Shown in pieces: positions 23,074-32,000 of a stretch of DNA of 32,000 nt (position 1 is its first letter; each line of letters opens with the position of its first letter). A program made the translations under genes and the position numbers. The notes beneath the pieces were generated by a model, which was not told the origin of the DNA, ran no database searches, and saw only the letters and a program-made list of their open reading frames with translations. Origin of the DNA: Trichodesmium erythraeum IMS101. GTDB taxonomy: Bacteria; Cyanobacteriota; Cyanobacteriia; Cyanobacteriales; Microcoleaceae. The DNA is taken from contig NC_008312.1 of NCBI RefSeq assembly GCF_000014265.1, positions 5,790,001-5,822,000 on the forward strand. Direction: 5' to 3'.

Positions 23074-25104
23074 TTATAAGCCAGATTTATTATGCTTTGC
23101 TATTAGATTTTCAAATATCTCTAAGGTTTTGAGAAGAGAAGTTGATGAGCGAAAAGCTTCTTCAGTAAGTTCTATTTTTTCTTCAGGTTTATCAAATGTT
23201 TCATCAGCCAGTAATGTTAAAGAGCCAATAATTGTGTTGAGAAAACTACGAGCGTCATAAGATGCTTTAGTTAAAACCTGCTGGTCAATATATTTATCCA
23301 GTTCAGACTGATTTCCAAACTGTACATAATAGAGATTTCGATAGTAACCATTTTCTTTTTCTAAAAGTTCTGAATGAGTACCCATCTCAACTAATTTTCC
23401 CCGATCTAAAACAGCTATTTGATCAGCATTTTGAATTGTTGAGAGACGGTGGGCAATAACTAAAACTGTGCGATCGCGACTTAATTTATCAATAGCCTCC
23501 TGCACCAAACGTTCAGAAACTGTATCAAGGGCACTAGTGGCCTCATCTAAGATTAATATTTCTGGATTTTGCAATAAGGCCCTAGCAATAGCCAATCGTT
23601 GTTGTTGACCTCCCGAAAGCATAACACCGCGATCGCCTATTTCTGTGTCCCATTGCTTAGGCAAGTCCATAATAAAATCATAAGCATTAGCTTGTCTAAC
23701 CGCATCAATAATTTTATCCTCTGTAGCATCAGGACAAGCATAAATAACATTATTTTTGATAGTATCGTTAAACAAATAAGTATCTTGACTAACAATACCA
23801 GTTTTCTTCCTGAGACTATTAATATCAAACTCACGCAAGTCAATGCCGTCTATAGTAATAGAACCAGAAGTAGGGTCATAAAGTCTTGGTAGTAGATCAG
23901 CAAACGTTGATTTACCTGCTCCTGAAGCTCCTACTAATGCCAAAGTTTTACCTCTAGGTAAGGATATATCAACATTTTGGATAATTAAATTATCATTACC
24001 TGGATAAGCGAAGGAAATTTTCTCAAAATGAATTTTATTTTTCACTTCATGAAAAGGTATAAAACCTGTTTTCATAATTGGTTTGTTATCCCTTCTCCAT
24101 AAGTCTACAGCCGTATTAAAACTAGCAACACCCTTAGCAATTGCATTACGACTGCTATTAATTTGAGATACAATAGGCAGTAAGCGAAATAGAACTAAAA
24201 GATAAGTAAGTAGGATAGGAGAAGCATTTGTAATTTGATTGGCAAATAAATATCTACCTAATAATAGAATACTAATTACCGTAATCATGCTTATCACTTC
24301 ATTGACTGGAGCTATTAATGCTGAATTCATTTTTTCTTTCAGTGCTATATCTTCTAGGGAAAGCATTAATTTTCTTAACTGTTTATATTCTCTATTTTCA
24401 CTATTTACTGATTTAATTAACCGAATACCAGTGAGAACTTCAATAACCTTTATGTAATATTTTTTTTGTTCCTGATTTAAAACCACTCCAAATTTCTTTG
24501 AACGACGAATAAATAGCTGATTAATTACTGCTATAAAAACTACCAATAGAGAAGAAATTAAAGTAAGCTGCCAAGAAATAGAAATTAGTATGCTGACAAA
24601 CAAAGAAAGAATTATCAACTGAGTTACTAGATTAATATAACCATTAATAGTTTGGGTGCATTGAGCTGTATCTGAACCTAAACGTTTTGTTAAATCTCCA
24701 ACTTTGACTTTTGTGAAAAAATCTAAATCACTATCCATTAATGTTTGGAACATTTCTGATTTAATATTATTTGTAAGACTACGATCAAAAACTACCATCA
24801 ACAAACTTCTTAAATATGCCGTTAAATTTTTCAGAACAATAGTGAGTATAACTACTAAAAGCATTACGATAAGGCGATAATTTTCTGGAACTCCTTCAAA
24901 AGGATATAGTAAAAATTTAATTATCGGCGGAGAACCTGTAATCTCAATTTCTTGCCCAGAAATTTGTAATAATATAGGTACTATTAGAGTTGTATTAACT
25001 CCATTAAATAATCCGCTAGCAAATCCTAATATAATATTTCCAATAACTTGAAAATTAAACGGCTTACGAAGAATAAATTTTAATATAAATTCTTTTCCAG
25101 ACAT
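23074..25104 (-). CDS. ABC exporter, fused permease and ATPase (MsbA-like type I exporter) with an extra 80-aa C-terminal HisKA-like tail
   Basis: 676-aa ORF. About six hydrophobic helices occupy aa 20-320. Walker A is GASGAGKST (about nt 23906-23932), the signature is LSGGQQQRLAIARAL, Walker B is ILILDEATSALD and the H-loop is VIAHRLST. The canonical NBD ends near ..YYRNLYYVQF, and 80 further residues follow (23077-23316). Confidence 0.9.
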   Translation of the reverse strand: MSGKEFILKFILRKPFNFQVIGNIILGFASGLFNGVNTTLIVPILLQISGQEIEITGSPPIIKFLLYPFEGVPENYRLIVMLLVVILTIVLKNLTAYLRSLLMVVFDRSLTNNIKSEMFQTLMDSDLDFFTKVKVGDLTKRLGSDTAQCTQTINGYINLVTQLIILSLFVSILISISWQLTLISSLLVVFIAVINQLFIRRSKKFGVVLNQEQKKYYIKVIEVLTGIRLIKSVNSENREYKQLRKLMLSLEDIALKEKMNSALIAPVNEVISMITVISILLLGRYLFANQITNASPILLTYLLVLFRLLPIVSQINSSRNAIAKGVASFNTAVDLWRRDNKPIMKTGFIPFHEVKNKIHFEKISFAYPGNDNLIIQNVDISLPRGKTLALVGASGAGKSTFADLLPRLYDPTSGSITIDGIDLREFDINSLRKKTGIVSQDTYLFNDTIKNNVIYACPDATEDKIIDAVRQANAYDFIMDLPKQWDTEIGDRGVMLSGGQQQRLAIARALLQNPEILILDEATSALDTVSERLVQEAIDKLSRDRTVLVIAHRLSTIQNADQIAVLDRGKLVEMGTHSELLEKENGYYRNLYYVQFGNQSELDKYIDQQVLTKASYDARSFLNTIIGSLTLLADETFDKPEEKIELTEEAFRSSTSLLKTLEIFENLIAKHNKSGL

Positions 25105-25167
25105 TGATATTTTCCTAGCCTCTAAGATTATATTCTTTCAATTATTACGATTTTTAATATCTCTTGT

Positions 25168-26355
25168 TTAAACTTTGATTAAGTCTGATAAAATAGTAGC
25201 CATAGCATCAATACTATAATATTTAATACATCTTTCTCTAGCCTTAATACCTTTAGAATTTGCTGCTTTTAAATCATTAAATATTAATTCAATTTGTGCT
25301 GCTATTTGTTCAGGAGAACTAGGTTCGACCAAATAGCCAGTATCACCTAAAATTTCGGGAATATCACCCACTTTTGTTGCTATAATTGGCTTAGACATTG
25401 CCATGCCATCTGTTAGTTTTAATGGAAATTGTGCCTTAGCTTCGGGAGTATCTCTTTGAGGAACCACTATTATATGGGCGGCAGCTACAATTTCTGGCAT
25501 GACTGTAGGTGGATGCTTAGGCATTTGAATAATTCTGAGTCCCCATTTTTCTTTTAATTGATGATCATAATCATCATAAGGACTACCACCTACAATTACC
25601 AATCTTAAATCTGGCTGATTGAGTTTATCTAAAGCCATTAAAACATCCTCAACTCCTTTATATGGTCGGGGAGCTCCTGGAAACATCAAAATTCTATAAC
25701 CACCCAAGCCATAATGAGTTCTACTTACCTCTGGATCGTACTTATGAGGGTCAAATAAATTTGTATCCTTACCATTTGGTAAATAAATACCACCAAAACG
25801 TTTTTTGAGAAATTGATTGTGTAGAGTAACCTGGTCTGATTTTGAGACCAAACTTTCAATCCATTTTAAATAGAAGGGATGGTCTGGTTGTCTTAATGCT
25901 CCTTCTGGCTTCAAAATGTCTCTAGCTAACTGTTTAATACTGGGACGATATTCCCAATTATCTCCTCCATGCCAACTTAACTCCCAATCATCAATATCTA
26001 AAAATACTGGGCGACTAGTCTGTATTTTTTTGATTAGGGCTAAACCAAGACTACTTGGTTTAAGTTTATAAGCATAAATAATATCTCCACTAATTTTTTC
26101 TAATAATTTTTTAGCAGAAAGTAAAAATCCTGGATAATATTTGTTGGTATAGTTTGTATAAATAGGAACAATGGAGATTTCTGTTTGACTAGTACTAATA
26201 CTTATGGGTAAACTTGTATCAACAAAGCCTAATATTTCTACATCACATCCAATCTTTTTTAGAGCTTGAGATAATAAAAAGGGACGGACAGCCCCTCCCC
26301 ATCTACCTGCTCCATTGCTAGATAAGTCGCTAGCTATTATAGAAATTTTCACCAA
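25168..26355 (-). CDS. GT-B fold glycosyltransferase (GT4-like)
   Basis: 395-aa ORF starting VKISIIASDLSSNGAGRWGG. The C-terminal half has LVIVGG.. ..AAHIIVVPQRDTPEAKAQFPLKLTDGMAMSKPIIATKVGDIPEIL, a Glycos_transf_1-type nucleotide-sugar binding region. The start is TTG at 26355 or GTG one codon later. Confidence 0.85.
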   Translation of the reverse strand: MVKISIIASDLSSNGAGRWGGAVRPFLLSQALKKIGCDVEILGFVDTSLPISISTSQTEISIVPIYTNYTNKYYPGFLLSAKKLLEKISGDIIYAYKLKPSSLGLALIKKIQTSRPVFLDIDDWELSWHGGDNWEYRPSIKQLARDILKPEGALRQPDHPFYLKWIESLVSKSDQVTLHNQFLKKRFGGIYLPNGKDTNLFDPHKYDPEVSRTHYGLGGYRILMFPGAPRPYKGVEDVLMALDKLNQPDLRLVIVGGSPYDDYDHQLKEKWGLRIIQMPKHPPTVMPEIVAAAHIIVVPQRDTPEAKAQFPLKLTDGMAMSKPIIATKVGDIPEILGDTGYLVEPSSPEQIAAQIELIFNDLKAANSKGIKARERCIKYYSIDAMATILSDLIKV

Positions 26356-26904
26356 ACCTCTAACCCTCCAAATTATGGGTTAATAGAATAATTATTCTAA
26401 CTACATATAATAGCGATCGCCATTTAAAATAGATATGTAATATTGTCTGAAGTGTATAGATACTCTAGCTAAAATCTTTCTATATATCTACTTTTTGTAA
26501 CTCCAAAACTCAGTCTCATATTTATTTATAATTTCCCAAAGACACCATAGTAATTGCTATTAACAGATATATATATTGATTAACTCTTATTAAATTAAAT
26601 AGTAAATAAAAAATTAACAATACCTTTATTTAAGGTTAAAGCTATTAAACAGATTATATTGAATTTCCGAAATATTTTAACTGTCTTTAAGCCACCCTGT
26701 TACTTTCGAGACATTGAGACATCAAACTAAAAGTCCTTATGTCATCCCATAGAAAATTGTTAATAATTCCTACCCCACGGAAATAAAATACTACAGATAG
26801 CGAGAGACCCTAGCCTAAAACCTCAAGCAATAAATAAAATATTGCCACATCAACAAATATACTTCTCAATTCTTTCCATAACAAATTGGATAAATCTAAA
26901 TTTG

Positions 26905-27705
26905 TCATTTAACAAATCTTAAAGTTAATAAGTGTTGTAAATATTCTACATATTGTTTCCAGGTAACTTTGCTTTCTCCTCCTAGTCGTTCTTGGAAAAC
27001 ATAACCTACTTCTGAAACAGAATAAATATTACCTCGGCCTAAAACTTCAATTAGGATTTTGTATCCTACCGGGCTCAGAGTTTGGCCAGCGATCGCCTGA
27101 CGATTGACCATAAAGTAGCCGCTCATGGGGTCAGAGACTCGCCCTATTACTTCAGGTAAAATAATTAATCCCAAAAGTTGAGCCCCACGAGACAAAAATC
27201 TTCTAACTATATTCCAGTCACTAACCCCTCCATCATCAACATGACGACTAGCCACTACTAAATCAAAACCTTTTTCCATTTCTGCTAATAGTTTTAAAAG
27301 AGTTTCTAGAGGATGTTGTAAGTCAGCATCAATAACCCCTAATATTCCTCCTTTTGCTACTTGCCAACCACGAACCACTGCGGTAGAAAGTCCTCTTTCT
27401 TTTTTTCTACACATTACCCGGAGTTGGGGGTATTCTCGTGCCATGTTCTGAGCTATCTCCCAGGTTAAGTCTGGGCTATTGTCATCTACTATGATTAACT
27501 CATAAGCATTAGGAATTTTAGTATCTAATATAATGGTTATTTTTTCAACAATTGTTGGTAGATTTTGACTTTCTTTATATGTAGGAATAACTAGAGAAAG
27601 TTTAATTTCTGGGCTACCTGGTTTTGTCGTCTTATTTTCTATAGTTGAAACCTTTAATAAACCAGTTGGCACTGTTAGTAATAAGTTTGGTTTACTCCTT
27701 ATCAT
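26905..27705 (-). CDS. GT2 glycosyltransferase, polyprenol-phosphate mannosyl/glucosyl-transferase (Dpm1-like) type
   Basis: 266-aa ORF with LSLVIPTYKESQNL, ELIIVDDNSPDLT and GVIDADLQHP (DxD), then SRHV..GG. This is the GT-A layout typical of dolichol-P/undecaprenol-P sugar synthases. Confidence 0.85.
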   Translation of the reverse strand: MIRSKPNLLLTVPTGLLKVSTIENKTTKPGSPEIKLSLVIPTYKESQNLPTIVEKITIILDTKIPNAYELIIVDDNSPDLTWEIAQNMAREYPQLRVMCRKKERGLSTAVVRGWQVAKGGILGVIDADLQHPLETLLKLLAEMEKGFDLVVASRHVDDGGVSDWNIVRRFLSRGAQLLGLIILPEVIGRVSDPMSGYFMVNRQAIAGQTLSPVGYKILIEVLGRGNIYSVSEVGYVFQERLGGESKVTWKQYVEYLQHLLTLRFVK

Positions 27706-27997
27706 TAATTGATTTTATTTAATTTTTCCTAGCTTAGTTTTAGTCAATAATATCAAAAACATAAAGATTTTTTTGACTCTTCAATCCTCATATTTACTTT
27801 AATGTTTTAGTTCATCTGACAGCAAGTTAGGTGGTAATTAGGCTACAAACATTAAGATGTAAGATATATATTTGTATTATTGTCATATTCTCACCACCAA
27901 TGAGTATAGATAAAGATGAAAAATGCTTTCAAAAGATTAGCTCAAATCACAAATTTAATTGTAGATTGTATATTTATTCATCAAATTAAGATAAATA

Positions 27998-28210
27998 TTA
28001 ATTATCATAAATTAAATTAATTTTACCCATTTTAATCAAATCAAATATCTGATTAATTTTGCTTCGTTCTTCATCTGTTATTTGTTTGCCAGATAAAATT
28101 GAGGAAGTAAGTTGTAAGTGTTCCTGACGATTAAGTTTACCCGATGTCATAATTCGGTTCACCATTTGATTGATTGTCACCTTTGGTTTATTTTGTTCAC
28201 TCCATAACAT
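27998..28210 (-). CDS. Small hypothetical protein (70 aa)
   Basis: Stand-alone ORF in its own intergenic slot with non-repetitive, balanced composition (..LNRQEHLQLTSSILSGKQITDEERSKINQIFDLIKMGKINLI). I recognise no family. Confidence 0.4.
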   Translation of the reverse strand: MLWSEQNKPKVTINQMVNRIMTSGKLNRQEHLQLTSSILSGKQITDEERSKINQIFDLIKMGKINLIYDN

Positions 28211-28498
28211 AAATCACTTGTATATAAATTTTTTATCTATTACTGTATGTATAATAATACATATAAGTACTATGAAGTTAATAATATAACAGTCCCCAGT
28301 GTAGTTGTACAGAAAATATATTGAAATAGGGAAAAAAGTAATAAGTTCAGAGTTTTGATGTATAGCAGATATAAGATTAACGTGATAAAATTAAATAATT
28401 AAATTCCTCCCAGCTTGTTCCCTATCATCTGACTAGTTATCCCTCTAAATTTCCCGACAACGAAAATATTTGGTTCGGAGATATTAAATTTAGTTTTT

Positions 28499-29272
28499 AT
28501 GGACATTTATAGATTACCAGCACTTTCAGACAACTATATTTTCTTATTGCATGACCCAAATCAAAATATTGGGGCTGTAGTCGATCCTGCCGAAGTTAGG
28601 CCAGTAATAGACAAACTAGAATCCTTGGGAGCTGAGTTGGTGACTATTTTTAATACTCACCATCATTTCGATCATGTAGGTGCTAATAAACAGTTAATCC
28701 AAAAGTTTCCCCAATTGAAAGTTTATGGTGGAGTAGAAGACCGAGGCAGAATTCCTGGACAACAAGTATTTTTACAGGAAGGCGATCGTGTCCACTTTGC
28801 CGATAGAGTAGGAGAGGTTTTATTTGTTCCTGGCCATACAATTGGCCATATTGCTTATTATTTTCCTTCTGTAGCTTTTGGGGAAACAGGAGAATTATTT
28901 TGTGGTGATACTTTATTTGCTGGTGGTTGTGGTCGTTTATTTGAAGGTACACCAGCCCAAATGGTAGATTCTTTGAACAAATTACGCAACTTACCTGACA
29001 ATACTCGAATATGGTGTGCCCATGAATATACTTTAAAAAACTTACAGTTTGCGATAACCGTTGATAAGGACAATACTGATTTACAATCTCGTTGGGCTGA
29101 GGTTAAGACAGCACGTGGTCGTAATGAAGCAACTGTACCATCAATGATAGGTGTAGAAAAACGCACAAATCCTTTTCTGCGCTGGGAGCAACCTGCCCTA
29201 CAATTAGCAGTTCAAAGTCAAGATCCAGTACAAACTTTCGCTCGTCTGCGAGGAAGGAAAGATAGATTTTAA
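28499..29272 (+). CDS. gloB: Hydroxyacylglutathione hydrolase (glyoxalase II)
   Basis: 257-aa ORF with the metallo-beta-lactamase motif [12 protein letters not shown], plus [27 protein letters not shown] and C-terminal NPFLR. These are canonical GloB features. Confidence 0.9.
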   Translation: MDIYRLPALSDNYIFLLHDPNQNIGAVVDPAEVRPVIDKLESLGAELVTIFNTHHHFDHVGANKQLIQKFPQLKVYGGVEDRGRIPGQQVFLQEGDRVHFADRVGEVLFVPGHTIGHIAYYFPSVAFGETGELFCGDTLFAGGCGRLFEGTPAQMVDSLNKLRNLPDNTRIWCAHEYTLKNLQFAITVDKDNTDLQSRWAEVKTARGRNEATVPSMIGVEKRTNPFLRWEQPALQLAVQSQDPVQTFARLRGRKDRF

Positions 29273-29639
29273 CTCAAGGTTTTGATATATTCCTGGGGTA
29301 AACGTGCGGGGCAGTATCAAGAAATAAGAATTCAAATTTCAACAAGTCTACTTAAATTAAATTGCTATGACTACATCAAAGTATTAAGAATTTTCCTCTC
29401 CCTAAGCGTTTATTCTATTTCAATAATCTGTTTCTGTATCCCCTACGATAGAGTTGAAACATTCAAAAAACTTTGGTTCTCTGGCACTTGTTGCTTAGAA
29501 CCTTTCTGACTAAAAGCATTAGGTGTAGTAAACCCCATAAATCTAGTTTAATAGTTGCAAACACTATATAATAGTAGCTATATATTATAGGCTTTTAAAG
29601 CTGTTTCAGACAAAAGTAATTTTTTTATTGCAACAAAAA

Positions 29640-30606
29640 GTCCCCCTAAAAGCTCGGCTTTAAACCAAATTTTGCGGTAAGGAATTGGATTTAAAGGAAG
29701 GAATAGGTCTCATCACATTTCCCCTTTACAGAGTTTAAAAATCGAAGCAAAGGTTAGGATATTAACAAAAACAGCATACATCAACTCTATCTTGTTAATC
29801 TTCTATTGTTCCTTCCTAGGGACATTGCATAAGAGCGTCCCTACTGACTCAGTTTTTAATGGAAAAAGCAATAATGTTCTATTTCATTTAACTCAGGAGA
29901 ATATGTTGGTAAATATTTAATGTAGGGAGGTTGCATCAAGGTGTCCGTAATGATTTTATTAATTCTCTAATTTTTGGGGACTTGTCAAAGCTTGCATTTT
30001 CTCATACTACTAATTGTCCTTTTTTTGATTCTAGTAATAATTTTTCTGCTAACCATTTTTCAAAAAGTAAATAATTACAAGAAACCTCAAATGTTAATGG
30101 AGTAAATAATTTTTCCTGATACAAACCACTTATAGTACTTAAATAAAGAATTCTTTTTCCTGGCTTGAAATGATAATATCTTTATTGATCGGTTTATATA
30201 TTTTTAACTATAATCTTCTTCCTTTGTCAATTCCAGGATTTCATCTACCCCTCTTGCTCCCCTAATTTGTCTATCAAAGTAATTGGGACGAAAGCTCTGC
30301 CTTGACGAAATGTTTTTGGAGGGTTACTCACTTTCATAACCTTACAAAAACAACTTATGGATTCTAAATTCTGAGTTATAAATTCTGAGTTCTGACTTAT
30401 TTTTAGAGGGTTGCTCACTCCCATATCATTACAAAAACAACTTCTAGCTTCTTGAGTTTTGATGATAGCATTGTCTTTTGTTTTCTGCGAGCTTAGCTTA
30501 GGTTTTACATATTAAGAGGATAGTATATCAAATGGAGGTAAGAGGTGGGAATTATTACCACTTCCTAAGAGTATCCCACTTATGGGTCAGGTTTTAAAAC
30601 CATTTT
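29640..30606 (-). mobile_element. Decayed ISY100/IS630-type insertion sequence (transposase pseudogene about 29740-30510)
   Basis: Minus-strand translation starts at ATG about 30510. It gives KPKLSSQKTKDNAIIKTQEARSCFCNDMGVSNPLK (HTH region), then ..RGVDE/NPGIDKGRR (DE.GID), ..PLTFEVSCNYLLFEKWLAEKLLLESKKGQLVV*ENASFDKSPKIRELI (about 29957-30001, matching VVMDNASFHK) and ..YLPTYSPELNEIEHY (29875-29912). Multiple stops and frameshifts are present. The overall length is about 0.95 kb. Confidence 0.6.
30313..30443. repeat. Tandem duplication (period 87 nt) inside the IS relic
   Basis: The segment 30313-30356 (tttttggagggttactcactttcataaccttacaaaaacaactt) matches 30400-43 (tttttagagggttgctcactcccatatcattacaaaaacaactt) at 38 of 44 positions. 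A short aaattctgagtt doublet lies between the copies. On the minus strand both copies encode an SCFC..M.VSNP.K HTH-like segment in the same frame. Confidence 0.8.
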
Positions 30607-30850
30607 ATTATTCAAAATTAACAAAAATTATTGTAAGCATTAAGATTTTTGGTACCTTGAGTATGTATAAATAAGTAAGGTTTGATTAACAACATAATTA
30701 TATTAGGCAACTAATTTTGGCTGTGAAACCAATCCTGGTTTATTTTAAAATGTCAAGACTAATGTTAATATTGAAATATTTATTAAGCAAAATGTTAAAA
30801 ATTGTAAAGAGTGTTAAGATTAGCTTAGAATAATAAACTAATTTAGAAAA

Positions 30851-31168
30851 ATGCTAAACCCTAAATTACCAGAGCCAGACTTACTTAAAACCTTACTGCA
30901 GCCTTTATTAGATGATTTTAGGTATTGGTTTGAATGTTCCCGCGAGTTATTGGAGAGAGAAAAAATTCCTTTTCTAAGTAGCAGTGAACACTTAGACTTA
31001 CTTAATAGGGTAAAGCAAGCTCAACAGGAAGTTAATACAGTACAAGCTCTTTTTCAAGCAACTGGAGGTCAAGTTGGGGTAGAAACTACAATGCTTATGC
31101 CTTGGCATAAGCTACTAACCGAATGTTGGCAAGTTGCGATGAGGTTTCGCAAAGAGCAATCTAGATAA
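30851..31168 (+). CDS. Conserved cyanobacterial hypothetical protein (105 aa; I recall this as DUF2605-like, unverified)
   Basis: ATG-started ORF with non-repetitive helical sequence (LLKTLLQPLLDDFRYWFECSRELLEREKI...MPWHKLLTECWQVAMRF). It sits isolated between non-coding stretches. Confidence 0.55.
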   Translation: MLNPKLPEPDLLKTLLQPLLDDFRYWFECSRELLEREKIPFLSSSEHLDLLNRVKQAQQEVNTVQALFQATGGQVGVETTMLMPWHKLLTECWQVAMRFRKEQSR

Positions 31169-31579
31169 AATGTAAAATTATAATTAAATTTAGTCCAAGC
31201 CTAGAAACTGGAATGATGATCGCAATTCTATATGATATTGCGAGCTTTACCAGACGAGGATAACAGCAATAATTTAAAAATATGATGCCATAAAGATTGA
31301 AAGTGGATAGCTTTGAGAAGGTTAGATGTTAAATTGAATATTTTGAATCATTCTGAACCAAGAAGTATGTTGATGTTACTTTTTAACAGGAAATAGCTTT
31401 GAAGTTGATATTGTTAATCTATAGTAATGACACTGTTTCTTATGAAAAGAATGATGAAATATCTACATAAGACAACTTCTGCTAATAAAATTTATCTAAA
31501 GTCAAACTAATAAAATCATAAAAGCTGTTTTATTTAAAAAAAAATTACTGAGTAGCTATTTAGCTTTGAGGAAAACACT

Positions 31580-31897
31580 ATGTTACATCTGCTTTATATT
31601 TTAGCCTTCACTACTATTGCTGTTTTGGCTGTTCGTAATTTAATCAGTAGTCTATTAACAGTGGGACTTGAGTCTCAATCTTTGTCCTCGAAACGAGGGT
31701 GGTCTACTCCTGAGCCTTCTTCTCAGTCTAGTAGAACTCCACATCCAGAACTATTAGATGAATCTGGGAATTTTATTGATGAACCTTTGTTAGTAATGCG
31801 CTCTGTTAATGTACAAGAAGCTCGTGAAAAGTTGGATGCCATTTATAATTCCCAGCTTGGTTCCAGTGGTGAAACCCAAGATGAAAAGAGAAAGTGA
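31580..31897 (+). CDS. Small membrane-anchored hypothetical protein (105 aa; I recall this as DUF2973-like, unverified)
   Basis: The N-terminal TM helix is MLHLLYILAFTTIAVLAVRNLISSLL. A Ser-rich linker follows, then the conserved-looking block PHPELLDESGNFIDEPLLVMRSVNVQEAREKLDAIY. Confidence 0.55.
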   Translation: MLHLLYILAFTTIAVLAVRNLISSLLTVGLESQSLSSKRGWSTPEPSSQSSRTPHPELLDESGNFIDEPLLVMRSVNVQEAREKLDAIYNSQLGSSGETQDEKRK

Positions 31898-32000
31898 TTA
31901 GCATAAAATTAATAAAATGTCAAATTCTTGCTATTAGTTTGTTGCAAAAACTGATTACTAGGGAATATTTAAAAGGCTCTCAATATAATCTTTGATGTGG

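Noticed and set aside
23057-24457. Four short ORFs (23057-23260 +, 23599-23892 +, 23637-23843 -, 24239-24457 +) inside or antisense to the ABC exporter gene
   Set aside because: All are nested in the 676-aa ABC CDS, which carries complete Walker A, signature, Walker B and H-loop motifs. The short ORFs have no recognisable motifs and a skewed, low-complexity composition.
29817-29953. A pair of 31-nt motifs, tagggacattgcataagagcgtccctactga (a perfect 7-bp hairpin) and tagggaggttgcatcaaggtgtccgtaatga, 106 nt apart. I considered a structured RNA repeat.
   Set aside because: Identity is only 23 of 31, and the second copy does not preserve the stem (no covariation). Both lie inside the C-terminal coding remnant of the IS630 relic, so this is most likely chance or IS-internal sequence.
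30313-30443. The 87-nt-period tandem repeat considered as a pair of small RNA genes (Yfr/NsiR-like)
   Set aside because: Translation of the minus strand shows it is an in-frame duplication within the HTH-coding part of a decayed IS630 transposase. The small ggtta/taacc stem in copy 1 is not conserved in copy 2.
1-32000. Scan for tRNA, rRNA, tmRNA and RNase P hallmarks (GGTTCGAATCC-type T-loops, GGGGCTG starts, GAGGAAAGTCC) and for CRISPR periodicity
   Set aside because: No convincing match was found by eye on either strand. A covariance-model search (tRNAscan-SE, Infernal/Rfam) would be needed to exclude structured RNAs, especially in 520-1030, 11686-12382, 16309-16789, 22116-23073 and 26356-26904.

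Overview
This is an AT-rich cyanobacterial chromosome segment. Evidence for that: 11 copies of the HIP1 octamer GCGATCGC, plus WD40 and pentapeptide-repeat proteins. The very high load of non-coding DNA and IS relics is reminiscent of Trichodesmium-like filamentous cyanobacteria, but that is inference only. By ORF coordinates, roughly 20 kb of the 32 kb lies in credible CDSs. Housekeeping genes are ftsQ (partial), rsmG, an ArsC-family protein, a geranylgeranyl-reductase-family flavoprotein, frr, pyrH, an agmatinase-family ureohydrolase, an alpha/beta hydrolase and gloB. There are also two pentapeptide-repeat proteins, a minus-strand GT2 / GT4 / ABC-exporter cluster, and three small conserved hypotheticals. 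I found no tRNA, rRNA or CRISPR array. Most of the long gene-free stretches turned out, on manual translation, to be decayed ISY100/IS630-type insertion sequences (at least 6 relics, none intact), plus one IS4/IS701-like fragment and one MITE-like element. The best candidate for an undescribed system is the two-gene cassette at 2469-9539. It pairs a stand-alone minimal P-loop/AAA+-like ATPase (455 aa) with a 1864-aa multidomain STAND NTPase. The large protein has a degenerate P-loop-like N-domain, TPR-like repeats, an nSTAND1-type NTPase, one TM helix and 14 WD40 repeats interrupted by a 143-aa insert. I see no recognisable effector domain. The cassette sits between ftsQ and rsmG and is bracketed by inverted IS630 relics. 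A second oddity is an ABC exporter whose C-terminus carries a HisKA-like helical hairpin with the phospho-accepting His replaced by Tyr. All family assignments come from motif reading only; no database search was possible.
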